Shown: piece by piece, positions 1-12,309 of the stretch
Layout of the letters: every line of letters begins with the position of its first letter
Numbering within the stretch: position 1 is the first letter of the stretch
Source: Marsupella aquatica
Lineage: Eukaryota; Plantae; Marchantiophyta
Direction of reading: 5' to 3'
NCBI GenBank assembly: GCA_973895155.1
Contig: OZ316893.1
Location: 6,968,963-7,032,962 of the forward strand
DNA: 64,000 nt
Translations under genes and position numbers: made by a program
Notes under the pieces: model-generated
The model's input: only the letters and a program-made list of their open reading frames with translations
The model's database searches: none
What the model was told of the DNA's origin: nothing

Positions 1-2475
1 TCTATCCTGTAGTAACAACCGATCGTGTTACTTCCTCAATCCTGTGCGTGTAACAAGCCGGTCTTTTAAAACCGTTGGTAAAGTTCTTACCATTGCACAG
101 ACCCGGGACCTGTCGAGACTGCACCCTAAAATGTGCGCCCAATCATGTTGGTCCTCCGAACTTCCTACAATTTTGATAGTCATGGGCTCTTCTTTAGTTC
201 GTGCTGTGTATTTCATGTTCTTGGAATGTAAGATGTACGTGCAACACTTCTGTCCCGTTTTGGGTTTCCCAAGAAAATGATTCCTCTTTCCGTTTGCCGT
301 CAAGGGTGAAACTTCAATGTTGTCATGGAGGTACAGATATTCTGCTGAGACACGAAACCTGCTCCTCGCAAGTTTAGGAGATGTCTGTTAACTACTGTTT
401 GGTCATTCTGAACAGTCCACTTTGACAATTAGAGTATGATCGTGACTGCATCAGTTCCACAAGCGTCATTGGTCACTTGAGCGAATCCCGAGGGCCCGGG
501 TCTTCGGTGGAACAATCGCTTTTTGATTTGCACGAATCAATATGTCGACTAGCAGTTTGCGCGCATTGAACACCAAAGGTCAGACTCCCTCTCGAAATCT
601 CATAGATCCTGCCAATATTCGGAACCGACCTGCCGTCGAGCGATTGACTATCCGAGACAAAAGCTTCAGAAAATTAGAATCCTAGAACCACAAACGACAT
701 GGAATGAGCAATTTAGAGAGCTTGGTACTGATGTACTTTATCTCCGAGCGTACGGGGGAACGATAAAAGATCCGGGAGACGTGGTGGCTATCTTTACATA
801 TGTCAATACATAAGTGGTACACGCCGAGCAACGCGGCTTCTTCCCACGCCTGTATCTGGATTGGTACAGCTATGATCACATGTCCTGATGTCCAGGTGAG
901 ATCTTGGCTGTGCGCTTTTTGATATTTAACATTAGATAATCTGCGGATGTACTTTGACTCGCACTATTCACCTAATGTGGTAGATGAAGGTGAAAACGAA
1001 GCTCGGTGATGTCGTCTAGAAAATGTGCGGAGGATAATAGAAGACCACCTACGGCCATGGAACATTGCTTATGTCTGGGAGCTTTGCATGAAAAGTACTT
1101 TTGCTTTTACTTTAATGTGTGCTTTGATTCGACGCTTTTTAGTAAATTTGGTACTTTTCCGTTTGAAATTGCTGGTGAAGCGCTTTACCCTTTCCCTCAG
1201 TCACAGTCTCTCGAGTCGTCTGTCTAACGTGAGGATCCAGATTCATCTGCTAGGAAGTCTGACGTGGAGAGGCACGTGGTCTGTGTCATGAGATAAGACA
1301 GAAGCGTAGAATCTATGCCTCTAGTTGAGAAATGGAGACTAGACCGGAAGGACGGAGACGTTGAGCACACTTCACTCCCAGGACCCCAAAAATCACTACC
1401 CAATGCTCACCATTATGCTTAGATGTCCTTCCACAGCTCCCAGCTCGCAATGAATTAAGGTCGAAGAAACAACGAAGACACAAATCAATTGACAACATCG
1501 ACACATCCAAAGAAGCAGCAGCCGGAAGCTTTAATGAAACCACTTGACACTCTGCTATTATTACATAAACGTTAATGATTCAAAGAATATCAGGAATCTG
1601 AGAAGTTAGCTCCCGGGAGAACTGGAGGTTGCCTCGATTGTTGTATCGCGTGTAGTGCCGTTCTTCGTTTGTTCATAGAGGGAGCCCCGACCATGCCAGG
1701 TTACTAATGCGAAATTTCAGGCTACAGCAAATCTCACGGCTAAACTCAGCCAGGAAGGGGACACTTCACGAGAACTGACAGTGCACAAATCGATGTTACA
1801 CCAAATAAAATCTCTGAAGTCAATGAATAAGTCGACAATTTACTAACTCATAGCAATTGCCAATGCACAACTTCGTGTTACAGCGACTCGCACGAGCCGA
1901 GACTTGAAAGTTGTGAAGCTCTATAGACATAAAAACAATATTAACTTAAACAAAGAATCATGATTCGAGTTCATAAGAGCCAAAGCTCTATTGAACATTT
2001 ACCTGTGAAGAGTCTGGAATACAGAATCGTGCACGTAGAAGATGAACTCGTATCCTAGAAAAAATATGCCATTGCCTGGCATTTCTTCACTTTCCCAAGT
2101 TTTTATCCTCTGTTCGAAGTTTTAACTAGAATGCGTATGAAAGTACTTTCGGCAGGTCATGTAATTTAGGGTACCAGCTAATAGACAGACAAAAAATAAC
2201 AGAGCCCCTATCTTGAACACAATCATGAGGAAATCCCCGTACCCTCGTTGATATTTGAAGGCCTTGGAACCATTCAAGACCAAAGTCGGAAAATTAACTG
2301 CACGTAGGTCGGTACTTCCCGTCAACAGATAGATCAGGAAACGAAGCTTGAACATCCGTATAGTGGAGTACGACTTGCCGCGGCAGTATTCACAGGATAT
2401 GTGAAAAGCTCTCCACAGCTTATCGTGACCTAATTTGACGAAAATGTATCAATAAACTTGTCGTTAGGATGACGA

Positions 2476-3579
2476 TTACGTGTCCGACTTGGGAGGCTGA
2501 TCCCCGAGGTACTGCTGATCATAATTCCATAAGGACCCTGAGTACTTGATGGAGTAGCTATCGGACTGACTGGCTGTGGCCAAGCTGTCTCCTGCTGGAC
2601 TCCAGAAATTAGGATATTCATAAAACATCTGGTCGAATGCAATCTCAGCTGCAGGTAACCGAGAAATTATTGGTGTGTCAATCTCAACACTGAGGCTCTG
2701 AAACTCCTCGTCGATACTAAGGTCGATGCCGTCTGGCTCCTGCTGCTGTTGCTCTTGGGATGGCTGGACAGAACTCTCAGTTCCTGAAACTTCCTCTGTC
2801 CGTTCGCAGTGAACTTGCACGTCTCCCAGTAGCCCAACGTCAGTAGCAGGCACGTCTGGACCAGTCCTCCAATATCGATCGACAACAGTTACAGAGACCT
2901 GCTCTTCTTCTAAATGAACTTGGACCCGATCGCTACCTCTCCTCGCAGTGCTGCTGCTAGTGTCTGCCCTCAGCCAAGGTACCAGTGCCACACTATCCAG
3001 ACCAAAGCTGTTCGACGGGAACGAATCATCCTGCGCTCGTAGATGGCTCTGTACCTCACAGGAATCCGAGGCTCGCTTTCTGTGTGCCATTGGAGGGTCT
3101 GAGAGAAGTGGAACGTCACCCAACGGGGACGGCCTCGTCATCGGATTACTGATTTGCAGATGCTCATGGTCGATAACAGACAATTCTGGCCCGGAAGAGC
3201 TGAAGCAAGAGGGCCCTGGTAGTCCCAGATTGCCTGATCCGCTCGCACGGCTCACTAGTGATCGAGCATCGGAAGTGACTGAGACGAGTGATTTGGTGTG
3301 CTTCCCTATCGCTGGTACAGCATTTCCAATTGCGGCTGCAGCAGCAGCAGCAGCAGAACCCACCGACTGGTACGCATCGGGAAAATTCAGCTTCGCATTT
3401 TTCCCTCTGAAATCGATTGCTGCTTTGTCATATGCTCGAGCGGCTTCCTCGGGAGTATCAAACGTCCCCAGCCACACTCTCGTTGCCTTCTTGGGGTGCC
3501 GAATTTCTGCTGCCCACTTTCCCCATGCCCTTCGACGCACTCCTCGAAATCGCTTTCGCTGCGGTTGAGGATCGGTCAT
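2476..3579 (-). CDS. AP2/ERF transcription factor, single AP2 domain, most like ERF group X (ABR1/ERF109-115 type)
   Basis: AP2 domain [57 protein letters not shown], followed by poly-Ala, Ser-rich and acidic C-terminal segments. First in-frame ATG is at 3579 (the ORF-track start at 3693 is TTG). A candidate acceptor (TTGCAG at ~3633) and donor (GG/GTATGT at ~3912) suggest an upstream exon or UTR intron, so the true start is uncertain. Confidence 0.92.
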   Translation of the reverse strand: MTDPQPQRKRFRGVRRRAWGKWAAEIRHPKKATRVWLGTFDTPEEAARAYDKAAIDFRGKNAKLNFPDAYQSVGSAAAAAAAAIGNAVPAIGKHTKSLVSVTSDARSLVSRASGSGNLGLPGPSCFSSSGPELSVIDHEHLQISNPMTRPSPLGDVPLLSDPPMAHRKRASDSCEVQSHLRAQDDSFPSNSFGLDSVALVPWLRADTSSSTARRGSDRVQVHLEEEQVSVTVVDRYWRTGPDVPATDVGLLGDVQVHCERTEEVSGTESSVQPSQEQQQQEPDGIDLSIDEEFQSLSVEIDTPIISRLPAAEIAFDQMFYEYPNFWSPAGDSLATASQSDSYSIKYSGSLWNYDQQYLGDQPPKSDT

Positions 3580-3785
3580 GCTTGTCCCACTCGACTCCAC
3601 ACTCCCTGCCGTAATCGAAGTCTCTGACGACACTGCAACATTGATAGCGAGGCAACGCGTTTTTATCAGTGCGCAAAATTTTCCTGTGCCCAAAACGAAG
3701 AGGACGATCTAATGCTTGCCACATTCACAGAGACATCGATACGATCGATCAATAAACTGTAGGAAACACCCGCTCAGCTTTTATC

Positions 3786-4582
3786 CTTTGTGCACATCAG
3801 GCTGAGATGTATGTGACCCGCTTTTATTTCTCGACATGCATCCAGCAGTCAGATTTGGAGAAACCACCTCCGATTAAATCAAATGGCCTTGCTCCCCTGC
3901 CTGATCACATACCCACAGCAGATTAGAATCTGGAGCCTAAGGAACGACATTAGCAGGACGGATCACTAGGATTAGACCACTCGGAATGGGCAGCTAAATC
4001 TGGCAGGGACAGCAACAGGAAACCTGCGCTTCATGAGACGGCTTGAAGGAAACGGTCGTCGCACCACGGTAGTTGACGACTCTATCTCGGGTACTGCCTG
4101 AGTGAAGAAGTAACGGAGGACAAAGGTGGATTTGCAGACAGTTAGTAGAATAATGTACATTCTCAAACTATCCTTGCCAATACGTAATGGTGCACTTACT
4201 GGGATGTCTTGAGAGCTCCACCAGTGACCTGTTCGGAGATCACCCCACAGCTCCATCCATATCCATCAGTGTTTTCTGCAATGTAGAATGTAGGTTTACA
4301 TCAAGACCAGTCCACGAACTTGAACTTGGCTTCCTGCTCCCTCCTGGGTGGCTTCAACAAGTGCTGCAGGGCACAGTCGCACAGTAGTGGACCCTTTGTA
4401 GGTTAGCTCCGCAAGTAGTCTACAGTCGCTACAGTGAAAAGAGTTGTCGAAGGTTAGCAGATGACATGTGGTACGATGTCTTGCTATTGAAATGATTTGC
4501 ATCGATGTACCGCTTAAGCATGGTAACAATGGGCAATCGTTGGTCGTCATTTTTTAATTCTTTGATTGAAAATTTACACCAG
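3786..4582 (-). repeat. ERF upstream region; arm A of a ~800-bp inverted duplication
   Basis: The reverse complement aligns colinearly with 11506-12305. Shared blocks include ccatgcttaagcggtacat, gatatggatggagctgtggggtgatc, gtcctccgttacttcttcactcaggcagtacc and ctgatgtgcacaaag. Confidence 0.9.
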
Positions 4583-4857
4583 AACAGACTTCTCTGATTG
4601 AAATTTTTACACAGAGTGCGACATACTGGGTTGAATCAACCTTGCATTAAGGTTCACCAACCTTTTCTCTCCGTGATTACAAAACTGTCTTCAAAATAAT
4701 AATCTACTCTCGCATGAAAACTAGTTCGAAGTATGTTATGACAGAGCTATCTTTCAAAGTAAATATAGTATCATATCCGAACTTCCTTGAACTATTGCAC
4801 AAGATATGTTATGACGTTTGAATGACTTCTGCATAGTAAGTTCTTTTTCGCATTTGA

Positions 4858-5360
4858 ATATATTATAATAATATAATAATATTTATTTTTATATAATTTG
4901 ATAAAAATCTTTAAACATATCAATTCAAAATAATTCTTCATAAAGTGTCATAATAAAAATTTTATTTTGCTTATAATATATTATTATAAAATTTATTTTT
5001 TAAATAATAATATATATTATATCAAAAACATATATAATATTTTTTATTAAAATTAAATATATTAAAAATTGATAAATATTTTTTAATAATAAAACTAAAA
5101 TTATTATAATATATTTTTAAACTAGAAATAATTTTTTAATAAAATATTATAATTATAAATATTTTTTATTTTTTCTTGTTTTCAGTCAAAGATGTAGATT
5201 TTTTTATAATTATAAATTATTTAATTTATTAATATAATTATATCAAAATATTGAATAATAATAAATTTTAAAAATATTATAAATTTTAATAACAATATAA
5301 TAATTTACCATGTTTATTATATTTATTAATATATATAACCTTATAAATTTAATATAGGGT
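4858..5360. other. extremely AT-rich low-complexity tract
   Basis: Almost only A/T for ~500 bp; a similar tract lies at ~6765-7060. Confidence 0.8.
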
Positions 5361-5584
5361 TTAATATTTGAGAGACCCAAACATACACCAATTTATTTAG
5401 TATCTAATCCATTTCAAGTTTTTGGAAGCATATGATTCATTTTTAATTTTAATTAGTATTAAAATTGGTCTCAAGCATAAACTCATGCATATACATTTTA
5501 TGCAAAGCATATTACTCTTGTAAGTTCACAAGTACTTGCAACATTAATTGCTTGTAGCAAGGGATGATTGGGACAGACTATGAC

Positions 5585-5730
5585 CAACAATGTTCAATAC
5601 TGACAAACCTATCTTGGGTCAAACAAAGAGAACAACAATGTTCAAAGCTGACAAACCTATCTTGGGTCAAACGAAGAGAACAATAATGTTCAATGCTGAC
5701 AAACCTATCTTGGGTCAAACAAAGAGAACA
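5585..5730 (+). repeat. 48-bp tandem repeat, 3 copies
   Basis: Unit caacaatgttcaa..ctgacaaacctatcttgggtcaaac(a/g)aagagaa starts at 5585, 5633 and 5681. Confidence 0.95.
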
Positions 5731-8700
5731 TTTATAATCAAATACTCAAACTCTAGTTGATGGTGTACTCTATGATTTCTTTTCAGGGTTCTAATTAGAA
5801 CATGTTTCACAATTGCAGCATAGAGATTTGAAAAATCCCATCATGAAATTTCTCTACGCAAAAAGATAATTTAGATTACACATTCAAGGCCTTTATAGAT
5901 GCATGCCAGAAATTGTAAGAATGTATCCAGGAAGTTTGTAGCATTTGATGAATGGAAATTGAATTCAAAAAATGTGGAAAGATAAAAGGAGAAGGTGCAA
6001 TGGCATTGGGGTTTACCTTGGAATGATGGTTAAAAATGGTCTGATGAATTGAAACTGTAAAAGGTCTATGAATCTTCTCTCCGGATTCTCCATGCTAGAT
6101 TGTGAGCATCACTAACAGTACTTTGGTCACATACAGGCGCGGCAGATCCTAATAACTAGGGAGTTGTGTCAACCTATGCTGGCCATGATATCAAATGTAC
6201 ATTACTTGTGAAGCTCAAAGTCCCTCGAGTTCAGTTCACCCCATCCTAAGAAGTCACAAATTGACAAATTGGTCCATGTGTATCAGATGTTGGATCCACT
6301 TTATACATGGCAACTCCCAGATCTTACATGGAAAAAGCTACTCTTTACAAATTACACTAGGTGGACTTTGCAGTCACATTTCTTGCTTCCATGATAAAAT
6401 CCAATGTGATTGTTGTAGATTTTTATGTTTGTTTTTTTTACTCTTTCCACTATAGGTTTTTGGGGTGACTTGCCCTCCTCTTAAGTTAGGTGTTTGTCAC
6501 ATGTGTATCTCTTTGCCTATTATTCCCTTCTACTTTGTTTGATTCACCTTTTTTAGTATACATATCCGTTTTCCACCAAAATACTATTGACCAAAAAATA
6601 TTGAAAATATTCAAAGCTTGGTTGGGCACAAAAAAGATTGATGTTGAGAACTACTTTACACAAGGTTATGCAATTTTTGTACATGAGTTTGAAAGCCTTA
6701 ATTTTTAGTGGCATCAAGTCTTGGGATTTGACTGTATAAAAATATAGGAACCACATGTGATCCAAAAATTTTATTTTTGATAAAATTAATAGAATTTTGA
6801 AAAAATAGGAGGCAAAAAAATATAGTATAAAATCACATTCATATAAATTTTTAACTTCATATTTAAATAAGCTAAAATAATAAAATAATATGAAAAATAT
6901 AAAAAATTGAAAATATCATTGAAATAAGGTATTGAAATAAGGTTTTTATAAAAATATATATATTTATAATATGATAATATTACATATGATACACAAAATA
7001 TATACTAATTTAACCGGGAGTTTGAAATACACACAAATATTAATACTAAAAATATATACAAACAAATGGGTGGTTTACAAAGCCCTTCAAGGTGGATTTG
7101 ACCTTCAAATCAATTATTTTCTTCATACTTAAAATTAAAATTGAAAAAGCTTGTTTAGAGTTTTTTTCTCTCTCACTATTTTTTTGGGATTTTTTTTTAC
7201 GTGGGGGGGGGGGGGGAGAGAACAGTTTTTAGTTGCGAGAAACATGGTCTGTTAGCATATGCTTTCAGCCCGTTTGGATAAACTTGACCAACCACAAGCG
7301 AAGAACTACTGTACTTGTCCAATCTGACCAGTCCAATTGTGCCAATCAATGGCCTTAGACATCCTCAATGGAATCTCTGGCGTACTTTTCAGCTGTTCAG
7401 CAGTTCAGTCGCTTGCAAGTCTCCAGCGGGTGAACCTTTATGTCGAGAGAAAGAAAGTGGGCTGGCTTGCAGACATGGCACTTGGCAGTAAGCTGGTCGT
7501 TCAAGGCCTCCCAGGATGCCACGTAGGAAAAAGGGCCACACTTGCCCTACATTCGTGGAGGGACACTTGGCCGAGAGGCTGTTTGTCCTCAACCGAAGGC
7601 TACGGTTTCATGGAAGGGGCAGAGAGGGTAAGTCAGCTCTAAACCCCAGAATGGGCCATTTCTTTTGGGGCAAAAATTAGCCAAATTTTTACTCCACTTT
7701 GTGTGCTCCTATTAATGAAATTATTGCTCAGATGTACCATTCTCATGAACCTTGCAACCGGGATGAACCAGATCACTTTTGATCCAAAAAAGGTGTACTT
7801 TTGACAACAGAATACACAATCTGAGTAAAACTACTGTACTTTTTCTTTCGATACATCCAGGTCGCACTGGTTCATACCATCATGTTTTAAAACATTGCTG
7901 TCCATGGGGCATCAGGTTTTGAGATTTTTACAAAGGAAATTGCAGGAGATGTTGGGACCTAATTTGCTAATTTGGTCCCTCCTAATCCTAATATGGTCAA
8001 TTTGCACAGTTTGACAGTTCTAGTACTGCAGCAGAGCAAAAATTGCCAATTTGGGAGACAAGATCTCAGAGGCAAGACACCCAATAAAGGAGAGATCACA
8101 AAGGAGAAATCCAAGAGGACCCTAGTATTGGCTGAACAAATATTAGTTGAAGTGATGGGGCTCAAAACGTGATCCCAAAATATATTGTCGCCAACAGATT
8201 GTAGAAACATATTTGAAAAGACTAATGGCACGACGCTCTAATGGCACTGCATCTTGCCCAAAATTTCCTAGATCCCTCGGCACATAACACTGTCGTTGCG
8301 CGTAGTGTAATGTAGTAGGTTCTTCGATTGTATCATTGGGTTTTCTGTCGCCAAGTGTGCGGCAGGGCATATTCAAGTTGGCTTCAGGGCTTTTTTCGCC
8401 TTGAAATGGTGCTCTCGTTTGTGACTATGTACTCAAATCAGGTCTAGAGATGGGATGGAAAATTAATCACCTCTTGTACTTTCAATGGCTGTTTCTCATC
8501 ACGCGATCAATGATTTTGATCTTTCCCTATGTGCAATGACGATTGGGTGAATGTCTTTGCTCGCGATGTTCAATTTCTCTTCTGTCAAACTTCATAATTT
8601 TTATGGCAATCAATATCCAAGGTCGTCGTTTGCTCTACTGTGCTAAGGTTGTTGCAATGTTAAGTTCAGAATCTGGTTTTCAGAACTTGAATATGGTTCG

Positions 8701-10397
8701 GAACAAGGTTGATTTTCCGTCCGATGTGTGTTCAATGACGCTGCAAGCACCTGCATGTATGCTGGCGAGCCACATTGCCTGCCAGCTGCAGTTTTACCTT
8801 CCCTTTATCACAATCCTGTGACAGAAGCTGTAACATTCTTCATCGGACTGATGGCTTGGATTATGGCAGCTGAAACTCTCATTATTCACAATTCCACAGG
8901 ATCTCCCAATCCGAATGTCGTGCACTTTATACCGTCCCACCTTTGGCTTGTGAAGGAGTAAAACTTTAATTTGTAGAGACTTTGCTTTAACATGCTCCAC
9001 GGCCCCTTCTAACAGAGGGACGAAATCACTTTCTTACATAGAATATAGATATAGATATATAGATATATAAGTTTTAGCATAATCATGTAAGAAATTTCAT
9101 AACCGCCACGGTACCTTTTTGGTCATAGTGCAATAAATGCATACCATTGAATATGAAGCGAACCAGGAGGAGGAAAAGGTAATTGACTCCAGGTCTTGTC
9201 CCTCTCGTCAACAGCGAACAGGAAAAGCCGAAACGTGAACTGAGCAGGAAAAAACAAAACATAAACTATGGACGAAGATATAATCAATCAATAATAATAG
9301 TTTTTCAGGAGCTTCGAAAAGCGGAATACCCGACACCTGCCAATGCCTTCACTCTGGTTTCTCCTTTCGGACAATGTCTCATAGAGCTTGTCAATCAACT
9401 TGGACCCAAGGAAACGAGCGAGGAATCTACTCACTTTTCCCGGGCGGCGGTCCCACGTAATTAGAAGCTTTCTCGATCGAGAGTCGTGGAAGGTATTGAT
9501 AAGCTAGCTGATCCTACGCGTTGAATCGAAAGTGACGCAATGTTGATCCCACTTGACCACGGAGTTTTCAGCCGCCAATTTTGTTTGAAGCTGAAGTATC
9601 TCCCTATTTTGGGTTTCTTCATACGCACTTCAAAATTCCGAGCAGCCGACCAGGGGATAGTTTTACTGTACAGATGTCCATAAAATTCATTAATTACAGT
9701 GTCAACCCTCACCTTTATTTGCGCTAGACAAACTCCTTTCGCATTGCGCCATGATGTATTTCGATATAGTGAGTTGCTGCTTGAAGCCAGAAAAGGGGTA
9801 GACTCCACTATGAGCCTATGGGAATGCTTCCTTTTTCCACAGTGTGAGCTCTATTCCAATTTAGTCATGAACATAGTGCATCAATGCCAAATTTGGATGA
9901 TCTAAAGGACTCAAATTTTGACACTACTATATTCAGCTTTTTAAGATTTGTTGTAAGGATATATATTATTATTATTTCAATGTGCCATCACAAGGTGCGT
10001 CTGATTTAGATTATAAATTATTATGGCACGCCCCTCTAGATGTTTTATATGTTGCTATCCTAAAGCTCTCCTTCCCATTACATTTAGTTTTTAATCCAGT
10101 GCTTCCACCCACTACTAGAAAATTGTATGAAATTTCTCCCAATTCTAGTGAATGAGAAAAATAATTTATATTTTGGGATATGGACACCTCACGTCCTCTT
10201 CATATTTTTGTCTCCTAAGCTTATGGTTTTTATTGTCATTACCTGAGGCATGGGAGTATTCTGTGCACAATGCTTGATTGATTTCAGTGTTATTAGAGCA
10301 AGTGAGAACCTACCTTAATTATGTACACAAATTTTCAAGACTTGTGCACTTGTACTTTTACTGGTCATTATATTTATTTGGTATGTGTTGGACTTCT

Positions 10398-10720
10398 CCC
10401 ACTCAATCAGATCAAATACTATGTTATTGTCATTTACATATCACCACAAGACAAAAAAATGAAGCATGCCCCACTCAATCAGATCAAATACTATGTTATT
10501 GTCATTTACATATCACCACAAGACAAAAAAATGAAGCATGCCCCACTCAATCAGATCAAATACTATGTTATTGTCATTTACATATCACCACAGGACAAAA
10601 ATTGAGGCATGTTCCAAGATGAACATGCTATAATGGCGATCAAATACTATGTTATTGTCATTTACATATCACCACAGGACAAAAATTGAAGCATGTTCCA
10701 GGATGAACATGCTATAATGG
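10398..10720 (+). repeat. 72-bp tandem repeat (3 near-perfect copies plus a rearranged 4th) inside a dispersed repeat
   Basis: Unit ccactcaatcagatcaaatactatgttattgtcatttacatatcaccacaagacaaaaaaatgaagcatgcc. Its flanks (10180-10400) are homologous to 26000-26120 and 26669-26880. Confidence 0.93.
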
Positions 10721-11087
10721 CCATGCGCTAACGGCACTGCATCTTGCCCTTAGTCTATCTTCACCTTATTGCTTTCCCAAGGAAGAAAATGATGTGAGCC
10801 ATTGACTCTGGATGGATGACCCTGTACAAAGAGTTCTATGAAGGCCCTGAAGGGAGATAACACTAAAAAGGAGCAAACCGCCAAGTGGTCAGATGTGGAT
10901 GTTGCAACTCAGTATCTATTAAATCATTAAGCTAGATGAACTGAGATAGTTAAGCAACCACAATATAGCCCAATTCCATTGAAAAACAAACAGTGGTTAT
11001 TTATGCCTGCTGTCCAGTGAATTGATCCGATTGAAGGAATGGTAGAGCATTGGGTGGCATTGCTATTATTATAACGAAGCCAACGAG

Positions 11088-11089
<2 letters not shown>

Positions 11090-11123
<34 letters not shown>
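11090..11123 (+). repeat. (GA)n microsatellite
   Basis: Direct reading. Confidence 0.9.
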
Positions 11124-11505
11124 TGGGGGCCAATGGGTTATCTGCACCTGCAGGAAAGCGTATGTGTCAAGGCTGGAGCTCCAGCTTACGGGTAACGTGT
11201 CTGCTAGACTGCAGGCTCAAGACAGTATTTCCAACTTTCTGCCCAATAAGGCCTTCACATTCTCTGGAACTATTTTGAGCTTTGCAGCACGAGCTAGGAC
11301 ATTCTGACGTATGTCCTCTGTTGCATCATTGGCAGTGAAACTTCTCCACTCTGGGTGTGAATGGACTCGAATGGTGACTGTAATCAAGGTTCTGCTCTGC
11401 CACAGAATTTGGGCAGAGCTGCAGGACTTCAACGTGGGCCGATTACAGGTTACCAACTGAACACTGACATTAAATGTAGAGCCTTCAATTTAACCTGGTC
11501 TCCGC

Positions 11506-12305
11506 CTGGTGTAAAATCTTCAATGAACTAGAAAACGATGAGCAACAAATGCTTAGTGCACCATGCTTAAGCGGTACATTTATGCAACTAATTTCATGAG
11601 CAATAGATTGTTCCAAATGCTGATGTCATCTGCTAACCTCCGACAACTCATTTCATGGAAGCGACTGGAAATTACTTGCGGAGCTACAAAGCGTCCACAG
11701 TACTCTGCAGCAGTTGTTGCCGCCACCCAGGAGAGAGCAGGAAGCCAACTTGGTGGGCAGGTCCTGATGTGCATCTACATTCTACATTGTAGAAAACTCC
11801 GATCGATATGGATGGAGCTGTGGGGTGATCCTTAAACAGGTCACGCGTGGAGCATCATAGGCAACGACATTTTCAGAATGTACATTATTCTACTGTCTGC
11901 CAGTCCACCTTCACGCTTCAGGATTGCATTTCGTTTTGCTGGCAAGACAATTTGTGCGCGTCCTCCGTTACTTCTTCACTCAGGCAGTACCAGAGATACA
12001 GTCGTCAAGTACCGTGGTGCGACGACCGTTTCCTTCAAGCCGTCTCATGAAGCGCAGGTTTACTGTTGCTGTCCCTGCCAGACTTAGATGCCCGTTCCGG
12101 GTGGTCTAGTCCTAGTGATCCGTCCTGCTAATGTCGCTCCTTGGCTCCAGATTCTAATCTGCTGTGGGTATGTGATCAGGCAGGAGAGCAAGGCCATTTG
12201 ATTTCATCGAAGGTGGTTTCTCCAAATTTGACTACTGGATGCCGCGGGGATGCATGTCGAGAAATAAAAGCGGGTAATATACATCTCAGCCTGATGTGCA
12301 CAAAG
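11506..12305 (+). repeat. inverted, diverged copy of the ERF upstream region (arm B), with no ERF coding sequence downstream
   Basis: Homologous to the reverse complement of 3786-4582. Homology stops abruptly at caaag (12305). Confidence 0.9.
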
Positions 12306-12309
12306 TTCA

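Noticed and set aside
2948-3627. 206-aa and 109-aa plus-strand ORFs
   Set aside because: Antisense shadows of the ERF coding sequence with no recognisable motifs.
5585-5730. 48-bp array (and the 72-bp array at 10398-10720) as CRISPR-like repeats
   Set aside because: Units are head-to-tail with no unique spacers, there are no cas genes, and the context is eukaryotic.
10278-10622. ORFs with repeating Cys/His-rich units (PTQSDQILCYCHLH...)
   Set aside because: By-product of a 72-bp repeat within a dispersed non-coding repeat; two frames are open, so there is no specific coding signal.
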